Assembly (NCBI GenBank): GCA_002633005.1
Contig: NMRA01000661.1
Coordinates: 62,001-125,803 of the forward strand
Origin: Phoronis australis
Taxonomy: Eukaryota; Animalia; Phoronida
Direction of reading: 5' to 3'
DNA length: 63,803 nt
Numbering within the stretch: the stretch's first letter is position 1; each line of letters begins with the position of its first letter. Below the pieces are notes generated by a model. The model saw only the letters and a program-made list of their open reading frames with translations. It was not told the origin of the DNA and searched no databases. The translations under genes were made by a program, and so were the position numbers. Below, piece after piece: positions 62,078 to 63,803 of the stretch.

Positions 62078-63803
62078 AATGTGTGTAGTCGTACATGTAT
62101 CAGCCGTCCTACATGTATTGTCGTTGTCTTTGTCCTTTCCAATTCAATCCATGCAGTGGTTTGAGTAGACAGTGGTATGTTGTCATCACTGTGGTAAAGG
62201 TGAATCAAAACCCACAACAGTAATGAATTTGTATTTCCCCTATTGAGCTACCAAATGTTGAATTCCTTACTGAAGCGCTTTGGTGGTTTAAAAAGTTAAC
62301 CACGCTGATTCGACCTTAAAACACTGTGCAAAGATTTTCAGATTACTATGATTGTATGCCACATCTTGGAATCTGCAGTTTTGGGGTGAGCCAACCCCAA
62401 TAACAAATGAAGCGTTTTCTTATGACGGCAGTGGTCTCGAGGCTCTGGTTGATAATGGAGATAATTATAACTCGATACTAGGGAATATTAAGTGTCCAGG
62501 TTTAAGAGATTCGTTTTTTTTTTTTGGTTTGTAGACCTTCATAGTGAGCGAAATGCAGAAACGGACANGGGATTTACAAGCAGAGCCTTTGTAACTTCGA
62601 GGTCCACGTAGCCTTACACTTTTGACCTCGTCAAAAGCCATCCAAAACGTGAACTTCTTGATAAAATGATATCGAATGACATTTTTAGCAGTTAAGTAAC
62701 AGTAGAGGAGGTGGTCTAAGCTAATCATAACTCTTTTGGCATCATATAGTGTCTAAAAAGAGGAGGGGAGACAAGAAGACTTCTACACACAGGGACAAAA
62801 TGCCCTCCAGATGTGATTTTTTGAAAGAAAACAGTTGAGACAACCAACATAAAACTGGGTACTTGTCCGTGGGGTCGTTTTTTCACGAGGTTAATAGTTA
62901 TTTTTTTCAGTGACCCGAAGCATAATCGGTAGTTCGCTGCTCAATGTATCCATGAGGGATACAGCGCTACAAACTGATTCAGACCCAGTGGGATATTTAT
63001 AGTATTTTAGGATAAACGGAACTATTGCAAATGGCTTGTGTTAGACAAAAATCCACGTAATTGGACAATAGGTGGAAACCGGTATTTCGTGTAACAAGAT
63101 AGAGCATGATTCTGTTATGGTGATCGAACCCTCCGGGGCGCAGAAGATTTTATACACACTGCAAAACGTTTAATTTGACAACCAGAAACTGTAATCCGTG
63201 GTAAGGGTGTCTCTGTGTTGGTGTAGTTCTGTTTCGTGGTAAGCTTTTATTCGTTGAGGGTTGTTGCAGCGCAAGGCAATGCTGTGCTGAGTGGTAAGAA
63301 GTACCTTCCCGTGATAAGGATCACACTGTCTTTTAAACACTGCTATTTTAGGGGCAAAGCTTGCAAAAATTTTCATTCACATCTAACAAAGTCATGAAGA
63401 AAGTAATATGTGTAAGTACGTACATGACCAACTTGTTTCTCTGCTATGCAAGTCGATTACAGTTCGGGGGTTACATGTATCTCCATTATCTCCATTGACA
63501 CAACTTGTCTCGTGTATGCTATTTTGAATCCAGACATCCCTTTTGTAAAATAAATTAGGCTCTTTTCTGGCAAACACATGTAGAGCACGGTGTAGGAAAG
63601 TGTGAAAACAAAGATTACTAATTTTCAATAGGGAAGAATGCGTACATGTACCTATATTTTTGTTAATGCCCGCTTCAATGTCCCCGATGACTCGGCAAGT
63701 TTGCTGGAAGTGATACGGAGATTTCTATCTGCTACGAGAGGCCTTTCCAACAACTTCGGTATACCCGATGGGGAAAACCACAGACAGGCTCCCATGTTTT
63801 CAA

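Noticed and set aside
62100-63803. Second exon of the sulfotransferase (expected (G)T.W motif)
   Set aside because: No acceptor followed by a convincing motif in phase 1; probably beyond the window

Overview
Eukaryotic, intron-rich, repeat-dense genomic DNA. The repeat landscape suggests a marine invertebrate, probably a lophotrochozoan (inference). By reading GT-AG splice sites and checking phases I reconstructed two complete minus-strand genes. (1) A 16-coding-exon GPR155/LYCHOS orthologue (CDS 22405-48254, about 862 aa: PIN-like transporter, GPCR-like and DEP domains; probable non-coding first exon near 52.3 kb). (2) A 7-exon cation-dependent mannose-6-phosphate-receptor/ATG27-like type I membrane protein (CDS 659-19689, about 264 aa, MRH domain, C-terminal YNKI sorting motif). 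The first coding exon of a cytosolic sulfotransferase starts at 61735 (+). The 11-kb intron 2 of the M6PR-like gene holds a decayed, intron-containing Academ (transposase + XPG-like nuclease) transposon, a 5'-truncated LINE and a hairpin element. Other mobile DNA includes an internally deleted Kolobok (TTAA TSD; THAP and probable KolX remnants) nested in a larger TIR-bounded element, Penelope GIY-YIG fragments (one with a 13-bp TSD and a degenerate hammerhead ribozyme), Harbinger/hAT-like MITEs and Helentron-like tandem arrays. The most notable observations are MiT/TFE (CLEAR/M-box) motifs at both adjacent endolysosomal genes, a palindromic element whose two copies differ by an arm-symmetric (compensatory) change, and a tandem array derived from a GPR155 exon/donor junction. 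Most short ORFs in the supplied track are spurious. All calls are by eye; no searches were run.
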